A stretch of DNA of 25,029 nucleotides from a virus (lineage: Duplodnaviria; Caudoviricetes), in IMG/VR virus record IMGVR_UViG_3300020194_000043, positions 1-25,029 of that record; one strand, given 5' to 3'. A program made the position numbers and the translations under genes. Below the pieces are notes generated by a model. It was given only the letters and a program-made list of their open reading frames with translations. It was not told where the DNA came from and ran no database searches. Below, piece after piece: positions 16,661-25,000 of this stretch (within the stretch, counting starts at the first letter, position 1; the number at the start of each line of letters is the position of its first letter).

Positions 16661-16971
16661 TATCCGTTTCCTTTAGGTTTTATAGTGTTTAAATTTACAT
16701 GAATGACGTTTCCGTCACGGTTTTTAATTTTCTTTCTAAAATCATTTTCATCAAAGTCTTTTTCAACAGCTTCAACTAAAGGTAAAGTTCCAAGTAAAGC
16801 ACCATGACTTTCTACTGTTTTTAAAAAACCAGATAATATAGATCCAACTTGCACAGCAGGACTGTTAATCATATCTTCTGGTGTTTCTGTATCGCTAAAC
16901 TTTTCAAAAATACTAAATTCTATTTTATCTTTGTTATCCTCTTTATCGTGTAAAACTATAATAACCTGCAT
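16660..16971 (-). CDS. Hypothetical protein
   Basis: 103 aa from ATG 16971 with SD AAGGA; TAATG-coupled to exonuclease. Confidence 0.7.
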   Translation of the reverse strand: MQVIIVLHDKEDNKDKIEFSIFEKFSDTETPEDMINSPAVQVGSILSGFLKTVESHGALLGTLPLVEAVEKDFDENDFRKKIKNRDGNVIHVNLNTIKPKGNG

Positions 16972-17318
16972 TTTATTTCCTTTAATTTTTCCCACCAAGC
17001 ATCTGCGATTTTATATAAATCAGTTGGTGTTTTAGTGTTTCCTTTTTTAGTGTTACATGAATGACAAATGATCCATATATTTTCTTTCTCATAACCTTTT
17101 GTTGTATCTAGTCTATCTACTGACGGAGAGTTTTCTTGACTTCCTTGTGGTATCATTACAATTTGACAACATGGACAATGACTTGGTGTTATTAAAATAA
17201 GTTCGTCTATTGTTAATCCGCAATCATGTCCTTGTCGTACTCTTTGATTGCATAAAGCGTTTGATGCCCATTTTCTCCAATTCTTATTAGTGGGTTTCAG
17301 CCCAGTTTTTACCGACAC
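16956..17318 (-). CDS. HNH-like (beta-beta-alpha-metal) zinc-binding endonuclease
   Basis: CPCC...SPSVDRLDTTKGYEKENIWIICHSCNTKKG; GTG start with AGGAG 9 nt upstream, inside the polymerase 3' end. Confidence 0.78.
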   Translation of the reverse strand: MSVKTGLKPTNKNWRKWASNALCNQRVRQGHDCGLTIDELILITPSHCPCCQIVMIPQGSQENSPSVDRLDTTKGYEKENIWIICHSCNTKKGNTKTPTDLYKIADAWWEKLKEIKCRLL

Positions 17319-19038
17319 GGTATTCTGCTCCTAGTGGTACCCTAAGATTAAAATGCTCCCCTGCCTCTTTAATACTTTCTACCGCTAGCTTACCCACGTC
17401 TTCTGCAATATCTGGTTTTGCTTCTATTTGAAATTCATCATGTATGTTTGCTATAACAAATGCGTCTACATCTTTTAATTTACTCCAAAGAATAATTAAT
17501 GCTTTCTTCATTATGATTGCCGCACAACTTTGGTTCAAAGCATTTAACGCTGAGTGTTGTGATCTAATAGTTAATATTCTTTTATCAATAGCTTTAATAT
17601 ATCCAACACCTTCTAACTTATCTATGATGTCATGTTTAAGTTCTTGTAAGAAAGGTAATACTCTATTAAATTTATCTAATACAATTTTTGCTTGACCCAT
17701 ATCACAATCTAATATTTCAGAAACTCTACGAGAACTTGCTCCATAAAGTACCGCATAAAGTATTGTCTTCGCTAGTGATCTTTTTTCTAAACCTAAGTTC
17801 TTTTGGTTGTAAGTATGTATGTCGCCATTAAGAATAAGATCTACATATTCTTTCCCACCTGTATAGTTATAAATATAATGGCCTAAACTTCTTGCTTCAA
17901 TTCCACTTGCATCTGCACCTACCATTACATAACCTGTCGATGGTATAAATAATTCTCTACACTCTTTACCATACGGTGAGTTAATACTTGGTACTTGTTG
18001 TAAGTTTGGACTACGACAAGACATTCTTCCTGTTGTAATGTTAGTAATATAACTACTATGTATTCGACCTTTATTAACAACTTTTAACCATGCGTTTTTA
18101 CCATCACTTAACATTCCTAATCTTTTTTCAATTAGTAAATATTCATTAAGTTCTTTAGCTTCTGGATAATCTAGATGTCCTAAAACTTCTTCATCAACAA
18201 TTGGTAAACCTGTTTCAGAAAACTTTTTAGGTTTCCAATTTCTTAATTCCATAAGTCTATTAGATATTTGTTGTCTACTAGATGGATTAAACTTCATTAT
18301 TTTAGATTTTCTAATAGCAATACCTTTTTTATATCCAAGTTTTTTATTATTAACTTTAGGAATAAACTCTCCTAAATCTACTTGCCAATCTGGTATTCTA
18401 TTTTCTAAACTTAATTTAAGATCATGTGTTCTACCTAAAAGTTTTGCATGAAGGTCTTGTGCTTTAGCAACATCAAAACCAAATCCTTTGTCTTCTTGTA
18501 GTTTAAGTATGTTTGCTATTTCATGTTCTAACTCTACACTTTCTTGACTAAAACCTTTTTCAATTAATTTAGTATAAAGTAAAGAAGTTAGCTTTACATC
18601 TTGAACACAGTAATCAAGCATATCTTGATTAAAGTTTTCAAAGTCGTTAACTTCTGCATAATCTCCTTTGTAAAACTTAAGTCTTTGTCCCCAAGCTTTT
18701 AAACTATGTCTTCCTACTACGGACTTATCAATGTGATTGTTAGCTAACAATTTAAAGTCTACGCTATTCGCAATGTCAGGGTAGATAAGGCGACTTAAAC
18801 ATAGAGTGTCGTGGACTAACTCAGGGTTATGAGAGTAGTTATATAAACGCTTAAGCACAGGGAGGTCATACTTTATTACGTTGTGTCCCACGATTAAGTT
18901 GTCAGCTAACAGATCAATACCTTTCGGTATATCTCGTCCGATGAACGAAATTTCTTTTCCTTCTTTTTGTAAAACAAGACAATGGACTTTTGTTGGATTA
19001 AATCCGTCTGTTTCTATATCAAAAATTATTGGTGTCAT
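17287..19038 (-). CDS. gp5: Family A DNA polymerase with 3'-5' exonuclease domain
   Basis: 583 aa from ATG 19038; ExoI FDIETDG, ExoII GHNVIKYD, ExoIII YCVQDV, motif A DASGIEAR, motif B KTILYAVLYG, motif C HDE. Confidence 0.97.
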   Translation of the reverse strand: MTPIIFDIETDGFNPTKVHCLVLQKEGKEISFIGRDIPKGIDLLADNLIVGHNVIKYDLPVLKRLYNYSHNPELVHDTLCLSRLIYPDIANSVDFKLLANNHIDKSVVGRHSLKAWGQRLKFYKGDYAEVNDFENFNQDMLDYCVQDVKLTSLLYTKLIEKGFSQESVELEHEIANILKLQEDKGFGFDVAKAQDLHAKLLGRTHDLKLSLENRIPDWQVDLGEFIPKVNNKKLGYKKGIAIRKSKIMKFNPSSRQQISNRLMELRNWKPKKFSETGLPIVDEEVLGHLDYPEAKELNEYLLIEKRLGMLSDGKNAWLKVVNKGRIHSSYITNITTGRMSCRSPNLQQVPSINSPYGKECRELFIPSTGYVMVGADASGIEARSLGHYIYNYTGGKEYVDLILNGDIHTYNQKNLGLEKRSLAKTILYAVLYGASSRRVSEILDCDMGQAKIVLDKFNRVLPFLQELKHDIIDKLEGVGYIKAIDKRILTIRSQHSALNALNQSCAAIIMKKALIILWSKLKDVDAFVIANIHDEFQIEAKPDIAEDVGKLAVESIKEAGEHFNLRVPLGAEYRVGKNWAETH

Positions 19039-20614
19039 ATTCTTGTAACCTTCCTGTTGCCGAGTTATATTGTAGTGTAGTTGCAACACCTGTAATTCCT
19101 GCAAATCTATTTTTTAATATTCTTACAGTTGTCTTTTTAGAATCTTCAACATCTGAAACTGACCTTTCACAGCCAATACAAATATCAGTTAGTTGGCCAA
19201 TTGAACCCGAACCTCTAAGTTGTCCTAATGATGTTTGTAATCCATCTGTATGATCTTTATTTCCTTCGGGTCTTTTTAAATGGCTCACCAAGATCACACC
19301 AATGTTTAATTGTTCTGTCAATCCTCTAAGTCTAGTCATTAACAAATCAATTGTTTTTCTTTCATCGTTAGATTCTAAACCACTAACAATAATTGATATG
19401 TGATCTATAAATAAATATTCTATGTCTAATGCTTTTGCGAAATATTTTATTTTATTAATTATTGTATCTTGCTCAACAGATCCCCAATGATCATACAAAA
19501 ACACATTACCATTACCTATAGTTTCTTTATAAGCAATTTCTAATTCTGTTTCTGAAACATTTGATCTATCAATATGAATAGGTTTATTAAGATGTAATCC
19601 AATTATACCTTCGCAAGTTCTTTTTAAACTTTCTTCAAGAGATATGATTCCTATACGCTTTCCTTTTTTAATTAAATCGTAAGCAATTTCTTTTGTCATT
19701 AACGACTTACCAATTCCCGAACCACCACATATAGTAACGATTTCTCTTTTTCTAATACCAAAAAGTTTTTTATTAAGACCCTCGTAAGGATAAAAAGCTG
19801 TAGCCTTTTCATCTTCTTGTTTAATAACTTCCCAAAGTTCTTCGCCTGCTACTACACCATCTGGTCTATGAGTTTTTGCTTCCCACATAGCTTTAATTAC
19901 ATCTGCACCAAATCCGTTAACTAACATTTCGTTAACATCTTTTAGTTCAAAATTTGCAATCTTAGCTTTACCTATAGTTAAAAGTTCAGCACATTTTTTA
20001 GCGGCCTCTTGACCTGCATCGTCTTGGTCAAAGAAAAATATCACCTGTTCGTAGTTTTCGATCCATTCGAGTTGCTTCTTTAACGACTTAACTGCTCCGT
20101 TAACACCGTTAGGTATTCCACACACAGGATATTTGTGATTAAATAATTGAGAAAGTGAAAGGCTGTCTATTTCTCCCTCACAAATACACAAAATCTTACC
20201 TTTAGTTCCCCATAAGTTTTGACCGTACAAAGTAGCTTGGTTTATATCTCCTCTAGTCTTAAATTCTTTGTTAGCAAATCTAAGTTTTTGAAATATAGGT
20301 TTCTTTACTTTATCATAATATGTAGCAACTTGGACAGGCTTGCCGTCTACTTCGGTAAGTTTGTAATTCCATTTTTTACAAGTTTCTAATGATAACTTAC
20401 GCTTAGTTAAAGCAGTTGCTTGACCTTGCAGTAAATCACTAAAATACACATCTTTAGATACATCGCTATTACTTGTAGAATTGTTATTAGGATAGATAGT
20501 AGTATTACAGACAAAACAATGAGTGTGTTCATCAGAATACAAAGCCATTCCATCACTTGACGAGCAAGTCGTACAAGGTAAGTGTTTAATAAATTCGCTT
20601 TCATCATTATTCAT
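19019..20614 (-). CDS. gp4: DNA primase/helicase
   Basis: 531 aa; Zn finger CTTC...CFVC, TOPRIM CEGEID and FDQD, Walker A GGSGIGKS, FIDHIS, LRGSGSIGQL, KNRFAG. Confidence 0.97.
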   Translation of the reverse strand: MNNDESEFIKHLPCTTCSSSDGMALYSDEHTHCFVCNTTIYPNNNSTSNSDVSKDVYFSDLLQGQATALTKRKLSLETCKKWNYKLTEVDGKPVQVATYYDKVKKPIFQKLRFANKEFKTRGDINQATLYGQNLWGTKGKILCICEGEIDSLSLSQLFNHKYPVCGIPNGVNGAVKSLKKQLEWIENYEQVIFFFDQDDAGQEAAKKCAELLTIGKAKIANFELKDVNEMLVNGFGADVIKAMWEAKTHRPDGVVAGEELWEVIKQEDEKATAFYPYEGLNKKLFGIRKREIVTICGGSGIGKSLMTKEIAYDLIKKGKRIGIISLEESLKRTCEGIIGLHLNKPIHIDRSNVSETELEIAYKETIGNGNVFLYDHWGSVEQDTIINKIKYFAKALDIEYLFIDHISIIVSGLESNDERKTIDLLMTRLRGLTEQLNIGVILVSHLKRPEGNKDHTDGLQTSLGQLRGSGSIGQLTDICIGCERSVSDVEDSKKTTVRILKNRFAGITGVATTLQYNSATGRLQEYDTNNF

Positions 20615-20831
20615 TAAAACCCGCTTTCCGCACTGCGTTAAGTCGGTCTTTTTCTATCTTTTCTAGTTGTTCTTTTAATTTGTTGTTTTCACTTCTTAAA
20701 ACACCATTTAATTTTTGCTGTGCATCGCTAACTGTTTGGTTATCTTTAATACGACCATACAAAGCTTTTATCTGTTCATCTTTTTCTTTAACAATCTTGT
20801 TCCATTCTTCATTACTTTTGCCAACTATCAT
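20607..20831 (-). CDS. Small coiled-coil hypothetical protein
   Basis: 74 aa from ATG 20831 after GGAGG; heptad-rich (KDEQIKAL...LRSENNKLKEQLEKIE). Confidence 0.75.
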   Translation of the reverse strand: MIVGKSNEEWNKIVKEKDEQIKALYGRIKDNQTVSDAQQKLNGVLRSENNKLKEQLEKIEKDRLNAVRKAGFNE

Positions 20832-20848
20832 TGTACCTCCCAAATAGT

Positions 20849-21262
20849 TTATTTATTTATTATCCAATCTTGCGGAATTAATTTGTCAGAGTATTTAAAA
20901 CCATACTTAACGCACCAATCTCCATAACTTGTTTTGCTACCTTTGTAGATACGGTTCCTTGAGTTACCAAAGACAAATCTAATATCTAAATTAGGTTGCT
21001 GTTCCTTTACGAGTAAATGTTTTTTTCTATCTTCTCTTTTAAAGAAACCTTTAATTTCGATAAGCACTCCATTATCTAATTCAATATCTGGTGTGTACTT
21101 ATGTTTTGTAGAAGGCTTGAAGTAATCAACAACCCGTTGTTCATACTTAAAAGAAATTTTACGATCTTTTAGATTATTAATAACGGTTTCTTCAAGCCCA
21201 CTACGGTATTTAGAAGTCCGTTTCTTGTGAAACGGGTACTTCTTTTTTCCCACTCGGTACAT
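20849..21262 (-). CDS. gp3: Endonuclease I (Holliday junction resolvase)
   Basis: YRSGLE, YTPDIEL, IEIKG, DRKKHLLVKEQ..LDIRFVF, SKTSYGDWC motifs. Confidence 0.96.
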   Translation of the reverse strand: MYRVGKKKYPFHKKRTSKYRSGLEETVINNLKDRKISFKYEQRVVDYFKPSTKHKYTPDIELDNGVLIEIKGFFKREDRKKHLLVKEQQPNLDIRFVFGNSRNRIYKGSKTSYGDWCVKYGFKYSDKLIPQDWIINK

Positions 21263-21806
21263 TGGAAACTTTCTCTACGCCAAAGCCATAATCGGAATTG
21301 TCTTCTTTAATTTCTGATTTAGTCTCAGACTTAGTTGATACAATTTCAATTAGTTGAACAGCTTTTAATCTTAAACCAACACCTACACCTTGTAGATTGT
21401 TAGCCCAAGAAAAAGCTTGAAAGGCGATCTTCATTTTACTTCCCGTATAAACAGGTTGCGTTTCAGCAATTGTTTTATCTGGGTTGTAAATCTTTGGTCT
21501 TTGCTCAAAGTCAGTTCCGTCTTTCATTGTTACTTTTGGCTTAAGTTTAAACTTAAACTCTACTCCACCCGTCTTTAAAACTTTGTACTGTGTGTGAGGA
21601 GATCTTTTTTCTGTGTTCTCAGTTTTTTGCCGAGCAATCAAAGTTTCCTCGTAAAGTTTTATAATGGGTTTAGCTTCCTCATCACTTAGTTCTAACTTTA
21701 CAGTAAACACTCCGTTTGGTTTTTCAAACTGAGTATCTGGTGTAAAGATATATGGGTATTTACCAACACCTGTTGGTGTAGTATGTATTGCTTTTTCATT
21801 TATCAT
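21210..21806 (-). CDS. gp2.5: Single-stranded DNA-binding protein
   Basis: 198 aa; TTPTG..YPYIFTPD, GSKMKI, GVGLRLKAVQLIE, C-terminal DF; SD GGAGG. Confidence 0.93.
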   Translation of the reverse strand: MINEKAIHTTPTGVGKYPYIFTPDTQFEKPNGVFTVKLELSDEEAKPIIKLYEETLIARQKTENTEKRSPHTQYKVLKTGGVEFKFKLKPKVTMKDGTDFEQRPKIYNPDKTIAETQPVYTGSKMKIAFQAFSWANNLQGVGVGLRLKAVQLIEIVSTKSETKSEIKEDNSDYGFGVEKVSNVPSGKKEVPVSQETDF

Positions 21807-21858
21807 ATGTGTTTTCCTCCAAGAGTGGTTAGGTTGTTGTTATCCTTTGTGAGAATAT

Positions 21859-21878
21859 CTCGATACCGCAACTATATA
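21859..21878 (-). promoter_or_regulatory. Divergent phage RNAP promoter (phi2.5 position)
   Basis: TATATAGTTGCGGTATC^GAG shares TAWATAGTTGC with the other two copies; in the spacer upstream of SSB. Confidence 0.55.
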
Positions 21879-21879
21879 T

Positions 21880-22065
21880 TTATAAGTTAACACAATCCCA
21901 AGCATCAAGATATTTTGGATATTTATTTACATACTTAAGATACGTCTCACAAAATTGTTCGTACTGTGTTGTTGTAGATGTATGACTTGTGTAACTATAA
22001 AAATTAATAACAATAGATCCCAACAATAAAAATATAAAAAACCTAATCAAACTTTCTCCATTCAT
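21880..22065 (-). CDS. Small single-pass membrane protein, hypothetical
   Basis: 61 aa; LIRFFIFLLLGSIVINFYSY hydrophobic segment; fills the gap between GGCT and SSB. Confidence 0.6.
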   Translation of the reverse strand: MNGESLIRFFIFLLLGSIVINFYSYTSHTSTTTQYEQFCETYLKYVNKYPKYLDAWDCVNL

Positions 22066-22402
22066 AGAATTTATCTTTTCTATTCATCACTACATTCATT
22101 GATTTAACGTCAGTTTTTTTAGGATAGATGTATGCGAATATTCCCTCGTCTATTTCTTCAAGATTATATCCTGCACCTAGTTCTATTCTATTGGCCAATC
22201 TAAAATCATCTTGATTTGGCTCATATAGTTCTCCTTTAACTGAGTATTCATTTTCTTTTCTAAAAACAAATGGGTACCAAAACCCTGTCATAGAAAAACC
22301 TTTAGATTTAGTTACATACTCTCCTAAAAATTTACTTTTCTTTAAGACGTAATCTAAATGTCCTCCTTTTTTTAACGAACCATATACAAATAATTTTCTC
22401 AT
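22043..22402 (-). CDS. Gamma-glutamylcyclotransferase (AIG2-like) family protein
   Basis: LFVYGSLKKG, YP, VKGELY, RIE.G.GY motifs; SD-like AAGGGA. Confidence 0.88.
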   Translation of the reverse strand: MRKLFVYGSLKKGGHLDYVLKKSKFLGEYVTKSKGFSMTGFWYPFVFRKENEYSVKGELYEPNQDDFRLANRIELGAGYNLEEIDEGIFAYIYPKKTDVKSMNVVMNRKDKFYEWRKFD

Positions 22403-22429
22403 AACTTCCCTTTCTATTATTATATTAGT

Positions 22430-22449
22430 ATTGAAAGTGCAACTATTTA
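22430..22449 (-). promoter_or_regulatory. Phage RNAP promoter (phi1.1 position), overlapping the RNAP stop codon
   Basis: TAAATAGTTGCACTTTC^AAT; AGCTAAATAGTTGCACT is identical to 15126-15142. Confidence 0.72.
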
Positions 22450-24921
22450 GCTAAAGAAATAGTCGCTCTTGGCAATTTCAGAAATCTCCAAATTACCACG
22501 CTCTGGTGGTGGAGTTAGACGACTTTTATATTTATCGGGAAGTTGAGCTTCCCAATCTTTATATAAAATTTCTAAATAATCTTCACTAAACAAATCAATT
22601 ACAACTTTTCTAATTATTTTATTTAGATCATCTATTCTGTTTGGAGTTGTTGCAAAACTATCATGCACCATTAATAAATTATTAAGTGGTATATCTGCAT
22701 TTTTGCAATACAACGCAACACCTTGAACAACAGCGGCATCGAGGCTGTGAACAATGTTAGGAGAAATCGATGAGGAGAATTTTCTAGAATCCTTCCTATT
22801 AATTTCTCGTCTATAAGTGGTGTAGACTAACGATCCTGCTATAGATGTTTTAACTTTAAATGGTATGTCATATCTATAATCCATTTCTACAGGAAATCCC
22901 ATAGGTGTAGTCCAACGCATTTTCATGTTTGCTTTAGCAAATAGTTTAGAACATTCTTGAAACCATTTCATAAGTTTAGCTTCAAGTTCAACTTCTTCTT
23001 CCATTTTATCCCATACAATCTTAGCTAGCCAACGACAATCAGCAAAGCCATCATCTGCTAAAACTTTCTTTTTAGGATTAAACTCACATATACTTTTGTA
23101 TTCATCAAAGATTTGTTGTCTAGCACCATACTGCTTTAACGAATAAACATACGTCATTATGTTTCTCTTAACGATTTTTCTGTTAATACCAAACTGCAAC
23201 CAACGGTTAGATTCAGTTGATCCTTGTCCCGCTTGATCACTAACCTCAACATTAACTAAGTCAGATACCGAAGTGTAAATATCTTGAGGTGTTTCTGATG
23301 GTAATACATTTACTTTCTTTGCAGTTTTTTCATCTCGCATTAGTATTGAAAGTATTTGCAATCCGCTACAGGTTGCGTCCATAGACACAGGTAAATTACA
23401 TTCATAATCTAAACCTTGTTCCTTAAACTTTTTTAAATGGTAACAAGCACTTAAAAATTCCATAGGTTTATCAGCGAAATTCCAACCTTTGTTATCCAGT
23501 GGAGCTTCTGCGTAGCTTATAAACTCGTCAAACTTATCTTCTGTAAATTTATAGCGATTATCAAAGGAAACTTTGTCATGTCCCCAAGTATTTGAAGCGT
23601 GTACAAATAACCAATACTTACCTTTGTCGCCAAGCGGTTCAGCATTTGCAAAGCTTATTAACGACTTAATCTTTTGGTCAGTCTGATACGTGATGGTAGT
23701 TCCAACAGGATATAATCTACCTCTCTTGTCAGCAAATATTGCAAAGTATATTCTTTCAAACTCTAAGTATTCAACAGCTAAATCAATACTTACTAATGTA
23801 TTTAATACTTTAGACTTCCTAGCAATCTCATCATTATAAACTCTGTTTAAATCTCTTTTGTATTTAATACGTAATTTAACATCAGTATCTACGGCGGGAT
23901 CTCTGTAGATTCCCTTCGGTTTACCTTTCTCGTTAAGCAGGCTCTCTCTTTCTGGAAATTTACCTAATCTTAAGTTATTATCCCATATCTCCTTAAATAA
24001 ATTAAACATTTCCTTGTCAATTTTAAATGGCACAGATTGTAAATGGTTTACTGCATCATAGAAATCTTTGAGTTTTTTGTTATCTAATGTGTGAAGATAA
24101 GCAAAATCATGTGTTTTAATTAAAGGTTGTTTAGTTAAAAACTCGTTATGAAAACCACCATTAAAAGGCGTACTGTATGGTTTTGGCGGTATAACCATAG
24201 CTTTGTAATAAGGCGTTAAGACACTACATTGAAAGCTATTCTCTTTAATTTTCTTTTCTACTTCGTCTTTTAAAACTAAATAATTAACGGTTTTATGTCT
24301 ACCCTCTCTTACTAATTTTAACTTACAAAGTCCTGTAGTTTTAATACATAAGTCAACTAACTTTAAACCTACGAGTGCTTGTTTTTTTAAGTCCCAACTT
24401 TCTACTTCGATTTTGTATTTGTTCAGGGTATGAGCAAAAACTCGTTTACGGTGCTTGACATTACTTGTTCTTTTTAACAAATCCCTAAGTACGACTGTGT
24501 GAAGGTGTGGTTCTTTTGACTTAAAAATCTTGTTTTGCAATTCAAGTTCAATCATACTTCCAATTGCAACACCCGTCTGGGCAAGTGTTTTATTAGAGGC
24601 AATACAATCAATAATTATTTTTAAAGATACAAGTGCTATCTTTTTAGGATCGTCAAGATCCCTTAACGGTTCTGCTCCTGTATGTCTTCTACCTGCATTT
24701 TTATATTCATGCTTTATAAACTTATCAATACCCTCAGCTAATGGTACCAACAATTGTTTTTGCACATAAATAAATGGCGGTGTTACTGAGTTTCTACCTT
24801 TTTCTTGATTTTTCTTTTCCGAACGATAATAGCGATCTCTACCTTTCACTATCATGCCCGTTTGACGTTTATCTTCTATTTCTTCTAACTCACTCGTTGT
24901 TCTAGCTGTATTAATCGTCAT
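22447..24921 (-). CDS. gp1: T7-like single-subunit DNA-directed RNA polymerase
   Basis: DKRGRLY, motif A DATCSGLQ, motif B RKIVKRNIMTYVY, PNIVHSLDA, motif C VHDSF, C-terminal YFFS. ATG 24921 preferred (GGAG upstream); ORF extends to ATG 24945. Confidence 0.98.
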   Translation of the reverse strand: MTINTARTTSELEEIEDKRQTGMIVKGRDRYYRSEKKNQEKGRNSVTPPFIYVQKQLLVPLAEGIDKFIKHEYKNAGRRHTGAEPLRDLDDPKKIALVSLKIIIDCIASNKTLAQTGVAIGSMIELELQNKIFKSKEPHLHTVVLRDLLKRTSNVKHRKRVFAHTLNKYKIEVESWDLKKQALVGLKLVDLCIKTTGLCKLKLVREGRHKTVNYLVLKDEVEKKIKENSFQCSVLTPYYKAMVIPPKPYSTPFNGGFHNEFLTKQPLIKTHDFAYLHTLDNKKLKDFYDAVNHLQSVPFKIDKEMFNLFKEIWDNNLRLGKFPERESLLNEKGKPKGIYRDPAVDTDVKLRIKYKRDLNRVYNDEIARKSKVLNTLVSIDLAVEYLEFERIYFAIFADKRGRLYPVGTTITYQTDQKIKSLISFANAEPLGDKGKYWLFVHASNTWGHDKVSFDNRYKFTEDKFDEFISYAEAPLDNKGWNFADKPMEFLSACYHLKKFKEQGLDYECNLPVSMDATCSGLQILSILMRDEKTAKKVNVLPSETPQDIYTSVSDLVNVEVSDQAGQGSTESNRWLQFGINRKIVKRNIMTYVYSLKQYGARQQIFDEYKSICEFNPKKKVLADDGFADCRWLAKIVWDKMEEEVELEAKLMKWFQECSKLFAKANMKMRWTTPMGFPVEMDYRYDIPFKVKTSIAGSLVYTTYRREINRKDSRKFSSSISPNIVHSLDAAVVQGVALYCKNADIPLNNLLMVHDSFATTPNRIDDLNKIIRKVVIDLFSEDYLEILYKDWEAQLPDKYKSRLTPPPERGNLEISEIAKSDYFFS

Positions 24922-24960
24922 GTGCTCTCCAAGTTGTTGAGGCATTTAACTAGCTAAAGT

Positions 24961-25000
24961 ATTTTAAGTCCTTTGTGTCTACCAATTTCACCACGAGGGC
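24961..25000 (-). other. 5' half of tRNA-Leu(TAA): putative att core (attP or attL)
   Basis: GCCCTCG-TG-GTGAAATTGGTAGACAC-A-AAGGA-CTTAAAA-T gives acceptor 5' strand, D-arm and anticodon loop TAA; no T-arm or 3' acceptor strand follows. Confidence 0.85.

Noticed and set aside
16703-16718. GUGACG-GAAA-CGUCAU tetraloop hairpin as a terminator
   Set aside because: Short, inside a CDS, no U-tract; plausible by chance.
17287-17318. Polymerase-HNH fusion by frameshift
   Set aside because: Would need a +1 shift; the HNH GTG has its own AGGAG SD and gp5 ends with the normal NWAETH.
2187-24769. Other plus-strand ORFs (2187, 2568, 3681, 4338, 8105, 15182, 15336, 15527, 17444, 19029, 20715, 24530) and nested minus ORFs at 6720 and 20407
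   Set aside because: All overlap well-supported genes, show no recognisable motifs and contradict the single-strand T7 layout.
7729-24945. Longer ORF-track starts (8259, 15132, 16998, 19104, 20843, 24945)
   Set aside because: Downstream ATGs fit SD spacing, translational coupling, promoter position or homologous N-termini better.
17287-24945. Introns or inteins in RNAP, polymerase or helicase
   Set aside because: Proteins are of normal or compact length with contiguous motifs.
24920-25000. Complete phage-encoded tRNA-Leu
   Set aside because: No T-arm (GTTC) and no 3' acceptor strand CGAGGGC; the anticodon stem has a G-A mismatch.
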